DNA of 64,000 nucleotides from a bacterium. Lineage in GTDB: Bacteria > UBA8248 > JACPRG01 > G963555815. The stretch lies in the NCBI GenBank assembly GCA_965218795.1, contig OZ244653.1, positions 928,001 to 992,000 on the forward strand, given 5' to 3'. Each line of letters begins with the position of its first letter. Position 1 is the stretch's first letter. Shown here piece after piece: positions 29,643 to 40,639 of the stretch. The notes below the pieces were generated by a model. The model saw only the letters and a program-made list of their open reading frames with translations, had not been told where the DNA came from and searched no databases. The position numbers and the translations under genes are program-made.

Positions 29643-30650
29643 TCAGTCCCTTTCCCTGAAGGGGGCCATCACGTCCTTGGCGAACCATTCCATCTGCTCG
29701 CGCATTTCCGTAACGGTGTGGGAGGGGAACTGTATCGCCGTGATCTGATCCACTCCGACTCCGTCCAGAAACTCCAGTTGTTCCTGGATGCTGGCGGGGC
29801 TTCCGATCAGGTTGTGGGTCGCGGCGAGGGCGGGATCGCGCCCGGAATGCGCCAGAGATTTCCGGTGGGCGACCATGCCCGTCTTGCCGTATCCGGCCTG
29901 GGCCTCCTCCAGCGTCTTTCCCACGAACAGGGTCAGCTGGACCGCCGCCTCCACCTCGGAAGGGTCCCGTCCCGCCTCCTCGGTGAATTGCCGCAGGAGC
30001 GCCACCCGCTCCTTGAGTTGATCGAAAGGCCGCCAGCCGGGGAGCCACCCCTGCCCGAACCTGGCCGCGCGCTTGATCACCTCGGTGTTGTGCCCGCCCA
30101 CGTAAATCGGGAACGGGTCCTGGACGGGCTTGGGCCGCATGGCGATGTCCTTGAAAGCGATATGCTTTCCTTCGTACGATGCGTCACGCTCAGTGAAGAG
30201 AACCCTCAGCGCCTCCAGGCTTTCGTCGAGCAGATCGCCCCGGCGGGCCTTGCGCATCCGCGGACAGTTGGCCAGGAATTCCTCCCGGTAGGCCCCGATG
30301 CCGACGGCCAGCGTCACCCGCCCGTTTGAGAACCGGTCCAGCGTGCTCACCTGCTTGGCCACGAGGACGGGGTCCCGCACCGGGACCATCAGCACGGCGG
30401 TTCCCAGGCGTATGCGGCTTGTCTGCGCGCCGACCGTCGCCAGGGTCATGAGGACCTCGTAAAAGTTCGGCGGCTCGGAGAATTTCTCCCGGACGTAAGG
30501 CGCAGGCGTGATGTGATCGTTGCCGAACACCCCGTCGTATCCCAAACGTTCGGCGTCCTTCGCCAGCGTGATGAACTCTTCCGGTTTCACGAACTCAACG
30601 GGGTTGACCAGCCCTTCGGTGCAGGTTGGCAACTGAATGCTGAATCTCAT
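29643..30650 (-). CDS. LLM-class flavin (possibly F420)-dependent oxidoreductase
   Basis: NDH, RLGTAV, RDP..VAK..STLD.FS.GR and PKPVQ.P.PIYVGG motifs. Confidence 0.87.
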   Translation of the reverse strand: MRFSIQLPTCTEGLVNPVEFVKPEEFITLAKDAERLGYDGVFGNDHITPAPYVREKFSEPPNFYEVLMTLATVGAQTSRIRLGTAVLMVPVRDPVLVAKQVSTLDRFSNGRVTLAVGIGAYREEFLANCPRMRKARRGDLLDESLEALRVLFTERDASYEGKHIAFKDIAMRPKPVQDPFPIYVGGHNTEVIKRAARFGQGWLPGWRPFDQLKERVALLRQFTEEAGRDPSEVEAAVQLTLFVGKTLEEAQAGYGKTGMVAHRKSLAHSGRDPALAATHNLIGSPASIQEQLEFLDGVGVDQITAIQFPSHTVTEMREQMEWFAKDVMAPFRERD

Positions 30651-30692
30651 CTTTTCCCTCAGATCACATGTCCGGCCGGCTTCAGGGTTTCC

Positions 30693-31955
30693 TCATCTCG
30701 AATAGCCATATTTCTCACCCAAGGCATGGAGCAGCGCTTCCAGGTCGCCGGGGACCACGGGGATCTCTTCAAGCCGGCTTTCCGTCGCCGCGGGGTCTTT
30801 CAGGCCGGTGGCCGTCAGGACCGCGACGACAACGTCTGATTCCCTCATTTCCCCCGACTCCCGCAGGTTTCGAACCGCGGACAGGGCGGCAAGCGACGAG
30901 GGCTCGGCATAGATGCCCTCCCGCGCGGCCAACTCCGACTGAAGCTCGATGAGGGATTCGTTCGGGGCGGTCGAGGCGAGGCCGTTCGACGCCCGGAGCG
31001 CGTGCAGGGCCTGATACGTACTCTGGGCCACGTTGATGGACCCGGCGACGGAAGGGGAAGGCGTGGACCGGAGGGGGATCGCGTCCAACCCCTCCCGCAA
31101 GGCGGCCTCCAGCGATCCGGCCGTCTCGGCCGCGACCATCCGAGGACTCGATTCAATCCAGCCCATCTCCGCCCACTCGTCGAATCCCTTCCAGATACCG
31201 TACATCGCGTCGCCGTACGCCACGGGGAACACGCAGAAGTCGGGCGCGCGCCAATCGCGCTGCTCGCAAATCTCGTACGCGATGGTCTTGTAGCCGTCCA
31301 CCCCGTAGCAGTTGCTTCCGATGGGAGGACCGAAAAAGGGCGAGGTTGGATACCAGCCCAATTCTCGAATCGCGGCCTGGAGAAGCGTCCAGCGGTCTTC
31401 CTTTTTCTCCGTCGCGACGGTCATGGCCCCGTAGGAGCGGATCTGCGTCACCATGGCCGAGGCCGCCCCGCCCACGGTCAGGACGACGCACGGGAGCCCT
31501 TGTTTTGCTGAATACGCCGCTGCCGCCGCTCCGGCGTTTCCGGTCGAGCTGACGCCGACCGTCTCCGCGCCGAACCGGGCGGCCATGGCGAGGGCCACCA
31601 CGGCAAGCCGGTCCTTGAACGAGCCGGTCGGATTACGGGATTCATCCTTGAGGTAGAGATTCGGGACTCCGAGGCGAGCGCCCAAGGCGGAGCAGTGGAC
31701 AAGGGGCGTCCCCCCCTCTTCCAGGGAAGCCACATCCTCCATGTCCGGCGGAAGGCACTCGCGGTAGCGCCACATATTGAAAGGACGGCCGGCCAGGATC
31801 TCTTTTTGGAGGGCGGACCGGATCCCTGCGTCATCGTACGTCGGCGTAAGGTTGGACGGCGCTTCGGCCGCGCATTTCGGGCAGCCGTCGAACCTCGGCT
31901 CGATGGGATACTCCGCGCCGCAGCGGATGCATTCGAGCCCGCTCAGAAAACTCAT
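30693..31955 (-). CDS. Threonine synthase-like PLP-dependent enzyme (fold type II)
   Basis: N-terminal CxxC..CxxC, EGGTPL, NPTGSFKDR, STGN, GYKTIAYE and TATGLK motifs. Confidence 0.85.
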   Translation of the reverse strand: MSFLSGLECIRCGAEYPIEPRFDGCPKCAAEAPSNLTPTYDDAGIRSALQKEILAGRPFNMWRYRECLPPDMEDVASLEEGGTPLVHCSALGARLGVPNLYLKDESRNPTGSFKDRLAVVALAMAARFGAETVGVSSTGNAGAAAAAYSAKQGLPCVVLTVGGAASAMVTQIRSYGAMTVATEKKEDRWTLLQAAIRELGWYPTSPFFGPPIGSNCYGVDGYKTIAYEICEQRDWRAPDFCVFPVAYGDAMYGIWKGFDEWAEMGWIESSPRMVAAETAGSLEAALREGLDAIPLRSTPSPSVAGSINVAQSTYQALHALRASNGLASTAPNESLIELQSELAAREGIYAEPSSLAALSAVRNLRESGEMRESDVVVAVLTATGLKDPAATESRLEEIPVVPGDLEALLHALGEKYGYSR

Positions 31956-33157
31956 CGTCCAGGCTCCGTATTCTGATCGCCCACGATCTCAAGCCCCCGG
32001 CTCATTCTCGTGAGACACCTGCATCCTTCGTCCGTCAAGAGCACGGTGTCCTCCACCTGAAAACCCCCCAGACCCAACTCGTAATAGGGCGCCTCGACGG
32101 CAAGGACCATATTCGGCTCGAGAGGGGTATGGTCGCCCGGAGCGAGGCGCGGCGCGTCGTATCCGCCCAGGGCGAGACCCATTCCGTGGCCGATATGCTG
32201 GCGGTTGTAATGTGGGATACCCCGCCTTCTGACCTCCTCCACCGCAGCATGGAATATCTCATCGCCCGTAGCCCCCGGCCTGACGAGACCGATCGCCAGT
32301 TCCTGGCCGGCCAGGAGGGCGTCGTAATAGGCCCGGGACTTGACCGATGGAGAACCGAACGAGAACGTCCGGGCCGTGTCGGAGAGATATCCCTCGTACA
32401 TACAACCCACGTCGAAGCGTATCAGATCCCCGCGTTGAAGCCTGTCATCGGGAAAGTTGTACATACCCAACGCCCCGCTGCGTCCGAAGCCGACGTGATT
32501 CATGTTGGGCCGCGCGCCGCGCTTGACCTGTCCCATATCGAACGCCAGGGCCATCTCCCCCTCCGGAATGCCCTCCCGCGCGAGCGCGACGGCTTCTCCG
32601 ATCGCTTCTTCCGTGATGGTCACGGCCGCCAGAAGCCGCTCGATCTCGATTTCAGTCTTGACCTTCCGAACCTCGCGGAAGACGGCCAACGCCGGGCGGA
32701 ACTCCAGGCCGGGCAGCTTTTCGGTGATTTTTGAAACCAGGGCCGGGTCCAGTCCACGCTCGTCGTATCCCACAACCCCCCGTCCGAGGCCCGCGGATGA
32801 CAAGATGGACACAATACCCTCCAAGAACGAGCCCACGGGCTCCAGGTCAATCCCCACGGCCTTGATCCGCCCCTCGCGCTCCGTGAGAGAAACCGACGGA
32901 TCATGCTCCCGATAGAACGTTCCATAGGTGACGACACCGGCTGGTGAAACGGGCGAGCCTTCCAGATAATCCACCTCGCTGCGGGGAATGGCCAGCCATG
33001 GAGAATCCGGCCGGTCTGCGTGGACGGCCGCGGCGAGGTCGCCCTGCCGCCATACGCCGGAGAGATAGAAGACGTTGGGGATGTTCGTCGCCGCCAGAAG
33101 CCCGTCCAGGCCCCATTCTCCGAGGACCCTTCGCGCCCTTGGAACATTGATGATCAC
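31952..33157 (-). CDS. M24 family (Xaa-Pro peptidase/creatinase-like) metallopeptidase
   Basis: FDVG..EGYLSD.ART, GHG.G, VE.P and VEDT metal ligands; GTG start after GGGGAG. Confidence 0.88.
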   Translation of the reverse strand: MIINVPRARRVLGEWGLDGLLAATNIPNVFYLSGVWRQGDLAAAVHADRPDSPWLAIPRSEVDYLEGSPVSPAGVVTYGTFYREHDPSVSLTEREGRIKAVGIDLEPVGSFLEGIVSILSSAGLGRGVVGYDERGLDPALVSKITEKLPGLEFRPALAVFREVRKVKTEIEIERLLAAVTITEEAIGEAVALAREGIPEGEMALAFDMGQVKRGARPNMNHVGFGRSGALGMYNFPDDRLQRGDLIRFDVGCMYEGYLSDTARTFSFGSPSVKSRAYYDALLAGQELAIGLVRPGATGDEIFHAAVEEVRRRGIPHYNRQHIGHGMGLALGGYDAPRLAPGDHTPLEPNMVLAVEAPYYELGLGGFQVEDTVLLTDEGCRCLTRMSRGLEIVGDQNTEPGR

Positions 33158-33452
33158 GCAGACTTCTCCCCTTGAATCAAGCACCGGATCCGTTCGTTCG
33201 CGGGGATTATAGTGGATTTGGAGGAGCGCGAAATTTCGTCTGCCATCCGGGACCGGCAGATTCAGGAACCCGCCCGGTCAATCCTTCACATCATCCGGGG
33301 AGAGTGCCCGTCCGTTCCACTTCATGTCAAGGGGTTGAGGCGGCTTGTATTCTTGACATAGAAGGCCCGCACATCGAGCTGGGGCGCGTCGGAAAGAAAT
33401 CCGCGAAGTGAAGCCACGCTCGAAGAAATTCATCGGGATTGCGCTGTTGCAG

Positions 33453-33505
33453 TGGATTCCCGCCGCAGCCTGTCCCCGAAGGCTTTAGTCGGGGGCGGGA
33501 ATCCA
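33453..33505. repeat. REP-like composite palindrome TGGATTCCCGC...GCGGGAATCCA
   Basis: Inverted arms enclosing CCTGTCCCCGAA-N-TCGGGG; near reverse-complement copy at 40741-40793. Confidence 0.7.
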
Positions 33506-33664
33506 GGGGGTGAGGGACAAGGGGAGGACCGGATCGCTCAGTCCGGCGATATCGTGCGCGTCCGCCTTCATGTATGATGCTTGTCCTTGGGATTTCAGGC
33601 TGGGGGCCGGGTTTTCCCGGAAGCTTTTCGCATCCGCGGACTGTAGCGCAAGATGGGGTAGAAA

Positions 33665-34459
33665 ATGATGTTACTTGTCAGGCCGTTCTTCATGGGGTTC
33701 TGCCTGTGGCTCGCCGCGTGGATGAGCGCAGCCCCGGCGTTGGCGGCGGGGGTTTCATGCGAGGACTTGAACACGGAGGTGTTCTTCCAGCGCGCCGGCG
33801 TGGCGGACATCTCCCGCTGCCTGAAGGCCGGGGCCGATGTGAACGCGCGGGATGAAGACGGATGGACACCCCTGCACCGGGCGGCGATGTACAGCAAAAT
33901 CCCTGGGGTCGTGACGGCCCTGCTGAAGGCCGGGGCCGATGTGAACGCGCGGGATGAAAACGGACAGACACCCCTGCACCGGGCGGCGATGTACAGCAAA
34001 ATCCCTGGGGTCGTGACGGCCCTGGTGAAGGCCGGGACCGATGTGAACGCGCGGAATGAACACGGAATGACACCCCTGCACCGGGCGGCGCTCAGCAAAA
34101 CCCCGGCAATCGTGACGGCCCTGGTGAAGGCCGGGGCCGATGTGAACGCGCGGAATGAAAACGGAGGATGGACACCCCTGCACGTGGCGGCGGGAAACAG
34201 CACAACCCCGGCGGCCGTGACGGTCCTGGTGAAGGCCGGGGCCGAAGTGAACGCGCGGGATGAAAACGGAGCGACACCCCTGCACTTGGCGGCGGGGAAC
34301 AGCACAACCCCGGCAATCGTGACGGCCCTGGTGAAGGCCGGGGCCGACCCGGCGGCAAGAGACAAACGGGGCAAAACACCGTGGGACTATATCAAAGCGG
34401 ATTCCCCGCTCAAGGGGACGGATGTCTACTGGCGGCTGAACGATGGGCGGTTCAGATAG
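33665..34459 (+). CDS. Secreted ankyrin-repeat protein
   Basis: Signal peptide; about five GADVNAR...G.TPLH.AA repeats. Confidence 0.92.
   Translation: MMLLVRPFFMGFCLWLAAWMSAAPALAAGVSCEDLNTEVFFQRAGVADISRCLKAGADVNARDEDGWTPLHRAAMYSKIPGVVTALLKAGADVNARDENGQTPLHRAAMYSKIPGVVTALVKAGTDVNARNEHGMTPLHRAALSKTPAIVTALVKAGADVNARNENGGWTPLHVAAGNSTTPAAVTVLVKAGAEVNARDENGATPLHLAAGNSTTPAIVTALVKAGADPAARDKRGKTPWDYIKADSPLKGTDVYWRLNDGRFR
33821..34345 (+). repeat. Near-identical intragenic tandem repeats of 99-105 bp (ankyrin units)
   Basis: Units begin at 33821, 33923, 34025, 34124, 34229 and 34331. Confidence 0.85.
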
Positions 34460-34940
34460 CCCCCCGACGAAGACATTCGGGGGCAGGCCCCTGCATCCTG
34501 GATTCCCGCTTCCGCGGGAATGACAAGTGGCAGGCAGGCCCGATTTCCTCCCAAAACGCACCCTGAAAGCGCCTGGAAATTACGGTTTCCGGGCCGTTTC
34601 CCCTGTTTTCCCGAAAACTTCACAATGATTTCTTTTTCGGCTCGGACGCCCGAATGCCTCCTGACCTCTTGATTCTACGTATCCCGCCCCGCCCGGTCCC
34701 GCCTGATCCCATTCACGATTATTTTTGTCTCTCCACAGACATTCGGGGGCAGGCCCCCTGCTCCTGGATTCCCGCCGTAGCCTGTCCCCGAAGACTTCAG
34801 TCGGGGGGGATGACGGGCTGGGGAGTTGTGTGACTCTGTTTGGTCATTCCTGCCCATGCCTGTCCTCGAGTGCTTTTTTCGGGGCAGGAACCCATTCGGC
34901 AGACTCTTTGTCTGTCATTCCTGCGAAAGCAGGAATCCAG
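34460..34940. repeat. Cluster of REP-like palindromes (GTCATTCCYGCGnAnGCRGGAATCCA family)
   Basis: Copies at about 34499-34524, 34765-34814, 34843-34894 and 34914-34940. Confidence 0.75.
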
Positions 34941-35219
34941 AGCGTTCGAGTAGAGGGGCTGCGAGGGAAGGACGAAGCAAAAGGGCGGCGGGGACCCTCT
35001 GAAAAGTTGGCTGAGCCGGAGGGGGCGCGATGGAGACGCGTTTTCAGCGCCAATCCGATGGCCTCGATCTGCCCCTCATCTGTGAGTTCCATATCCCTCG
35101 CGGACGGACCGAACCTCTATCCTCCCATCTTCTTGCGGTAAGATGAGAGACAGGATTGGAAACGCCCGGCCCATACACAACCGGGGTGTCAACGCCCCAT
35201 TGAATCAACAGGCGATGAT

Positions 35220-37520
35220 ATGAGTTCCGGTTTTCTCCTGAATCCAAGGTTTTTCGGTGCGAGCGTCCCCCGTGTGGAAGACGATCGTCTTCTGAGGGGC
35301 GCCGGCAACTTTGTCGATGACATCGCCGCGCCGGACGCGCTTCACACCGCATTCCTCCGCTCCCCCTACGCCCATGCCCGGATTGAGTCCATCGACGTTT
35401 TGGGCGCTCTGGAGTGCGGAGCCGTCGCCGCCTGGTCGGCGGGGGATTTGGGCCCCTTCTGGAAGGAATACCCCTCCCCGTCCCGCCCGATCCATTTCTT
35501 CGGCCCCGCAACACCGTGCCGCTGGCCAAGGAAAGGACTCGATACGTCGGAGAGCCGGTGGCCGTGGCTTTGGCCGAGAGCCGGGCCGCGGCGGAAGACG
35601 CGCTGGAAGGGGCGCCGCTCGTCCATGAGGATCTCGGGGACAACCTGGCGGCGCGGCTGGAAATCAACGTGGGAGACGCCGAGGCGGAATTGGATCGCGC
35701 CCCGCGCCGGGAGCGGATGCGGCTCGTTGTCCAGCGGGCGGGCGGCGGCGCGATGGAAGGCCGCGCCCTGTTGGCTCAATACGACCCCCGTCTCCGGCGC
35801 CTGACGGTCCACGCCTCCACCCAGACGCCCCACCTCCTGCGCCGCGACCTCGCGCTGATCCTCGATCTTCCCGAAAGCTCGGTGGACGTAATCGCCCCGG
35901 ACGTAGGCGGCGGGTTCGGCCCGAAAGCCTATACCTATCCCGAGGACGGGGTGGTGGCCTGGGCTTCCGTGCAGACGGGCAGACCCGGTGAAATGGATCG
36001 AGGATCGGCTCGAATACATCCAGGCCGACGTTCAAGAACGCGAGCAGGTCCACGATATCGAGTTCGGCTTTGACGACCAGGGCCGCGTCCTCGTGTTGAA
36101 GGACCGTTTTCTCAGCGACACCGGCGCGTTCGTCCCGTGGACGGTGATCGTCGCCATCCTGACGATCACGGGCATCCAGGGACCCTACCGAATCCGCCAC
36201 TTCAAGGGGGTCATGGAAGTCGCGCCTATACCCATCGCGTGCCCATCGCGCCGGTGCGCGGCGCGGGCCGCCCCCAGGTGCCCTTCGTGATGGAGCGCGT
36301 GATGGACCCCGTGTGGCCGCGGCACTGAATCTGGACCCGGCCGAGGTGCGCCGGCGAAACCTCATCCAGCCCGAGGAGTTCCCCTACGACGTGGGCCTTG
36401 TCAGCCAGGATGGAAATTCTTTGACGTATGACAGCGGCGATTACCCCGCCCTTCTCGGCAAGGCCCTGGAGGCAATAGGTTACCAGGAGTACCGGAAGAC
36501 CTCGGAAGCCGATCCGAAGGACAACCTGGAGAGACGCTATGTGGGCATCGGGGTCAGTTTCAACAACGAGCCCACGGGCCTGGGTCCTTTCGAAGGGGCC
36601 GTGGTCCGCCTGGAACCCGGCGGCGGGATTATCGTCCTGACCGGAACATCCCCCAACGGCCAGGGCCACGAGACCGTACTGGCCCAGTCATCGCCGATAT
36701 TCTCCGGGTCGCACCGGAGCGGGTGAAGGTGGAAACGGGTGACACCCGCAACATCCCCTACGGTATCGGCACCTTTGCCAGCCGCACGGCCGTGACCGCG
36801 GCCAACTCGGTCATGCTGGCGGGCGAAGCCCTTCGTGAAAAGGTCCTGAGCTTCGCGTCAACCTGTCTGGAAACCTCGGTCGAGGATCTGGAGATGGAGA
36901 ACGGGCAGGTCTTCGCCCGGGGGACGCCGGACCGATTCCTCTCCCTGGGGGAACTCGCAACGAGATCCATCGGGATGCCGGGCGTCACCCTGCGCGACCG
37001 GAAACCCGGCCTTGAAGCGTCGGAATACTACACGCCCGCCGACCCCGCGACCGCGGCCGCGTGCCAAGCCTGCGTCGTCGAGGTGGACGCACGGACGGGC
37101 CAGGTCAGGATTCTCCGCCACGTGATCGCCCACGATTGCGGGCGGATCATGAACCCGCAGACCGTGGAGGGGCAGACTCACGGCAGCCTGGTCCACGGAA
37201 TCGGCAATGCGTTGATTGAGGAAGTGGTCTTCGACGAGAACGGGACGCCGCTGGCCTCCACCTTTCTCGACTATCTCCTGCCGCTGGCAACGGACGTGCC
37301 CGACATCGAGATCATCCACCAGGAAAGCCCCTCGCCTTTTAATCCTCTCGGTGTCAAGGGAGCCGGCGAGGGCGGGATGATCGGCTCGTGCGCGGTCGTG
37401 GCTTCCGCCGTGGAGGATGCCCTTCGGCCTTTGGGTGCAGAAATCAGGGAAATCCCCCTCACGCCCTATCGTCTCTGGCACCTCATTCACCAGGGCAAGA
37501 TCTCGGTTCGATATCTCTAA
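35220..37520 (+). pseudogene. Fragmented CoxL/xanthine dehydrogenase-family Mo large subunit
   Basis: Homology continues across six ORF pieces (RVEDDRLLRG; VGGGFGPK; KWIEDR; PVRGAGRP; QGHET; GVKGAGEGG); about five frameshifts plus an apparent internal deletion near 35605. Confidence 0.8.
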
Positions 37521-37918
37521 AAACCTGCCTTATTTTCCTGGTGGAGACCCCAGCGTTGGAAGATAAGGGTCTCTTGATCCTGGAGACCGCCTGATGGAAC
37601 CTTCCGTTGCGGGGCGGCCTCCGGCGCCTGAGTACATCACGGGGGTCATTCACAACATCAGCGGCACGAGCGTCCGCTTCTGCACCGTCTGTCGGATGGA
37701 GTCCGGGACTCCGATCGGGTTCCGTCTTCCGCCGGAAGAGCGCGCCCCCCCGATGGTCAGGGGGATGGCGGAAGTCATTCGGAGCCAGCTTTACGTCGTC
37801 GGGTCCGTCAAGCGGCTTGTCCATTCGACCAACGTCACCCCCTCCAACCGCGCGACCGCATCGTTTCCTGCGTCCTGCAGAAACAGCGGTCCTCGATGGG
37901 TCCGAGGCGATCCAAAAT

Positions 37919-38827
37919 CTAAAACCCGTGAATCCGGTCGACCATCTCCTGCGGGAGGGGTTCGCTGGAAGCGGCGTTCTGCGTGGACTGCCCGGGCGTG
38001 CGGATGCCCGGGATGACCGTGGAGACGTTGGGATTCGATACGCAGAACCGGATCGCCACCTCGGCCGCGGGCCGGCCCAGCTCGGTCGCCACTTCCTGCA
38101 GCCTGGCCAGCCTGGCCTGAAACTTCGCCACGTTCTCGGGGCTCAGAATCCGGCTCCGCCGATCGCCTTCGGCGAACTCGTGGCCCGCCTCGAAGCGACC
38201 GGACAGAAATCCCCGCTTGAGCGGCACACGCGAAATCACACCCACGCCCGCGGCCTTCGCCTGGGCGAACGCTTCCTCCGGCTCCTGTTGAAGGACATTG
38301 TACTCCATCTGCATGACGGAGGGACGGCCGCATGAAACCGCCTGCTCGCACTCCTCCACGGTGTTCACCGATACGCCCCAGTTCTTGAGCTTGCCCTGGG
38401 TCTTGAAGTCGTCCAGCAAATCGAAGCTTGCCCCGGCGTTCATGTCGTCCGCCGTCGGGTTGTGAAGAAGGTAGAGGTCGATGGCCTCGAGCCCCAGCCG
38501 CTTCAGGCTCCCCTCGACGCAGCCCTGAATGTACTCGGGCGTGAAGTTGTACTGTCCCGTCATCATGTTGTTCCCGCCCTTGGAGCCGATGATGATCCCG
38601 TCCCGGTCCGGCCGCTCTTTCAGGAATTTGCCGATGACTTCCTCGCTGTGGCCCGTGCCGTAGGCGTCAGAGGTGTCGATGAAGTTCATCCCGGCGTCAA
38701 TGGCCGCGTGCAGGGCCTTGTTGCTGACATCGTCGTCCACGGGGCCGAAAATCCCCCCAATCGTCATGGCGCCGAAACCGATGACCGTCACTTCCAGTCC
38801 GGTTTTTCCGAAAGCGCGTTTCTCCAT
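37919..38827 (-). CDS. Aldo/keto reductase
   Basis: Start MEKRAFGKTG; IGFGA, IDTSDAYG.G.SE, SLKRL....IDLYLLH and VIPG motifs. Confidence 0.9.
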   Translation of the reverse strand: MEKRAFGKTGLEVTVIGFGAMTIGGIFGPVDDDVSNKALHAAIDAGMNFIDTSDAYGTGHSEEVIGKFLKERPDRDGIIIGSKGGNNMMTGQYNFTPEYIQGCVEGSLKRLGLEAIDLYLLHNPTADDMNAGASFDLLDDFKTQGKLKNWGVSVNTVEECEQAVSCGRPSVMQMEYNVLQQEPEEAFAQAKAAGVGVISRVPLKRGFLSGRFEAGHEFAEGDRRSRILSPENVAKFQARLARLQEVATELGRPAAEVAIRFCVSNPNVSTVIPGIRTPGQSTQNAASSEPLPQEMVDRIHGF

Positions 38828-38925
38828 TTTCGTCAAATCTCCAATGGTTCTGAATTGATACATGGAGGAGAAATCCGGGAAGCCGTCCTTCGTCGGGCTC
38901 CCCAAGCTTCATCCCATTCGAATCC

Positions 38926-40377
38926 TCACACCGCAATCGGGGGCCGGCGGTCCTTCCACGGCCTGGCCGCTTCAAGCTGCGCGGCGAGGCGGAACAGCAT
39001 GGCTTCCTCTCCGAACCGGGCGGCAAAGTGGACGCCGACCGGCAGATTCTCGCCATTCCAAAATAGCGGCACGGACATCGAGGGCTGTCCCGTGCCGTTG
39101 GAAATGTAGGTGAACGGCGAGAATGCCGCCGTCTTTTTGCGGACTTCCAGGGCCTCTTCGGGCTTGGCTCCATCCCGAATGGAAAACATCCCCAGCGGGA
39201 CAGGAGGCTGGCCCAGCGTCGGCGTCAGCCAGAGATCGTAATCCTCGAAGAACCGCGCGATGTTTCTCGATTCCCGCTGAACGTCCTGAACAGCGAGCAT
39301 ATACTCCGGCGCGGAGATATCCCTGCCACGCGCGCTGAAGGCCCAGACGAAGGGCTCGAAGGATTCCGAGGAGAGAGAGCGCCCGGTTCTTCGGGACCAG
39401 TCCTCCAGTCCCCAAGCCGTCCCCACCGCAAAGATGGACGTCATCGCCTGCCAGAACCCCTCCGCATCGTAGGACGGCTTCGCCTCCGTGACCTCGTGGC
39501 CCAATTCCTCACAGAGCTTGGCCGCATCTTCCACGGCGGCGACGCAATCGGAATGCAGCTCCGTGCCCAGCGGGGTTTGAGCCGCGTACGCGATACGCAA
39601 ACGGCCGGGGTCCGATCCGGCCTCTGCAAGAAACGGCCGGGCCGGAGGCGGCGGGCCATACGGATCGCCCGGGTCGGGGCCGGATACGGCGTCGAGAAAC
39701 GCCGCGCTGTCCCGGACGGACCGGGTCAGGACATGCTCGGCCACGACGCCGCTGAACAGGTCTCCGTAGTGCGGGCCCAGCGGATTTCGCCCGCGTGTGG
39801 GCTTCAGGCCGAACAGACCGCAGCAGGAGGCCGGAATGCGAATCGACCCTCCAGCGTCGTTGCCGTGCGCGATGGCGACCATCCCCGAAGTGATTGCCGC
39901 CGCGGAACCTCCGCTCGATCCGCCCGCGGTCCGTTCCGGGTTCCAGGGGTTTCGCGTGGGTCCGAACAGACGCGGCTCCGTTGACGCGCCGATGGCGAAT
40001 TCCGGAAGGTTCGTCTTTCCGATGACGATACAACCCGCGCGCTTCAGCCGCCTGACAAACTCGCTGTCCTCATCGGGCACATAATCCTTCAGGAAGGCCG
40101 ACCCTTCCGTGAAGCGAACGCCCGCGTATTCCGCGATGAAATCCTTGAGCAGGAAAGGAACGCCCCTGAAAGGGCCGGACGGGATTTCCCCCTTTGCCGC
40201 CGCGCGAGCCAGATCGTACATCGGGGTGATGACCGCGTTGAGCTGGGGGTTCAGGCGTTCCACGCGATCAATGGCCGCATCCACGAGGTCGCCGGGTTTG
40301 ATCTCTTGATTGCGAACCAACTCGGCCTGCGCCGTCGCATCCAGAAAGGCGAGCTCATTCATCGGAGTGTCCGTCAT
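38926..40377 (-). CDS. Amidase signature family protein
   Basis: [24 protein letters not shown] and [19 protein letters not shown]; AGGAG RBS before ATG 40377. Confidence 0.92.
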   Translation of the reverse strand: MTDTPMNELAFLDATAQAELVRNQEIKPGDLVDAAIDRVERLNPQLNAVITPMYDLARAAAKGEIPSGPFRGVPFLLKDFIAEYAGVRFTEGSAFLKDYVPDEDSEFVRRLKRAGCIVIGKTNLPEFAIGASTEPRLFGPTRNPWNPERTAGGSSGGSAAAITSGMVAIAHGNDAGGSIRIPASCCGLFGLKPTRGRNPLGPHYGDLFSGVVAEHVLTRSVRDSAAFLDAVSGPDPGDPYGPPPPARPFLAEAGSDPGRLRIAYAAQTPLGTELHSDCVAAVEDAAKLCEELGHEVTEAKPSYDAEGFWQAMTSIFAVGTAWGLEDWSRRTGRSLSSESFEPFVWAFSARGRDISAPEYMLAVQDVQRESRNIARFFEDYDLWLTPTLGQPPVPLGMFSIRDGAKPEEALEVRKKTAAFSPFTYISNGTGQPSMSVPLFWNGENLPVGVHFAARFGEEAMLFRLAAQLEAARPWKDRRPPIAV

Positions 40378-40639
40378 ATCAACTCCTGTACGGGAATGTT
40401 CGTCGAATTGGAAACCGGGCCAATTATAACCCCCGATTTCGGAACGTGTACGCGAAACAGGGTCAACCAGGGCTGCAAGCGATGGGAAGCGCACTGCGTC
40501 GAGCCAGCTTGCCGAGCATCGACTGAGCGTTCTGGAGTTGGCGCGGGAACCGGACAACGTATCGGAGGCCTGCCCCTGCACGTATCCGGCGGGGAGCCTG
40601 CCCTCGGCTTCCTGTTACAACCTGCCGGCTTCCCCCCCC

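Noticed and set aside
33821-34345. Regular ~100-bp repeats as a possible CRISPR array
   Set aside because: In-frame ankyrin coding repeats with no unique spacers and no cas genes.
35220-37520. Aerobic CO dehydrogenase call for the CoxL-like genes
   Set aside because: Neither large subunit in the window has the AYXCSFR form I motif.
37594-37800. Possible PilZ-like fragment (GVIHNISGTSVRF)
   Set aside because: Only a weak partial motif, lacks RxxxR, and the ORF runs into the convergent aldo/keto reductase; not supportable.
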